From Prochlorococcus sp. AG-355-B18 (GTDB taxonomy: Bacteria; Cyanobacteriota; Cyanobacteriia; PCC-6307; Cyanobiaceae): 64,000 nt of DNA. Positions within the stretch are counted from its first letter, which is position 1; every line of letters begins with the position of its first letter. The stretch spans positions 1 through 64,000 of the forward strand of contig QCDI01000008.1 in NCBI GenBank assembly GCA_003280965.1, written 5' to 3'. The notes under the pieces are model-generated. The model did not search any database. It saw nothing but the letters and a program-made list of their open reading frames with translations, and was not told where the DNA came from. Positions 63,843 to 64,000 of the stretch are shown here, one piece after another. Both the position numbers and the translations under genes were made by a program.

Positions 63843-63999
63843 TATTTTTCTTATCTGGCGAATCTGGGGTTTGATGAAATAACCTGTTTAAAATTAATCT
63901 ATCCATATTTAATGGATCAGGTGCTAATTCATTTGCAATTTCTTTAAATTTTGATTCAATATTGTTTGAAATTTTTGTATCAAATATTCTTTCCATTAA
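63835..63999 (-). CDS. 3' end of a hypothetical protein entering from the right edge
   Basis: Open frame LMERIFDTKISNNIESKFKEIANELAPDPLNMDRLILNRLFHQTPDSPDKKNIN*; TAG at 63835-63837 overlaps the glgP 3' end convergently. Confidence 0.65.
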   Translation of the reverse strand, partial: LMERIFDTKISNNIESKFKEIANELAPDPLNMDRLILNRLFHQTPDSPDKKNIN

Positions 64000-64000
64000 G

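Overview
AT-rich marine picocyanobacterial DNA. Gene content, protein sequences and compactness point to a high-light-type Prochlorococcus; this is an inference, not a database match. About 63.4 kb is core chromosome: alr, an HNH nuclease, prfA, the large S10-spc-alpha-L13/S9 ribosomal cluster on the minus strand (including a 38-aa Cys-free rpmJ missed by the ORF track), ndhN, ldpA, recA with a LexA box, tyrA, crtD, curT-like, moeB, cobO, larE-like, speD, recF, ppc, gshA, trpE, psaD, an atypical His kinase, rodA, mrp, hemF, rnd, purM, panC-cmk, ho1-pebA-pebB, icd, a Na+/H+ antiporter and glgP. There are four tRNAs: Ser-GCT, Gln-TTG, Arg-CCG and Cys-GCA. The only accessory-looking DNA is the first ~610 bp, directly beyond the 3' end of tRNA-Ser. 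It holds three 12-bp direct repeats (ATTTMCTCCCCT), two short palindromes and the 5' part of a gene, absent from the ORF track, built from 66-aa (198-bp) Zn-ribbon repeats that runs off the window. This looks like the att end of a tRNA-integrated island or element and is the best lead. Other notable points are recF lacking a usable canonical start codon, the Zn-free L36, a highly structured rplC leader and a structured curT leader. No CRISPR array, rRNA, transposase or integrase is visible.
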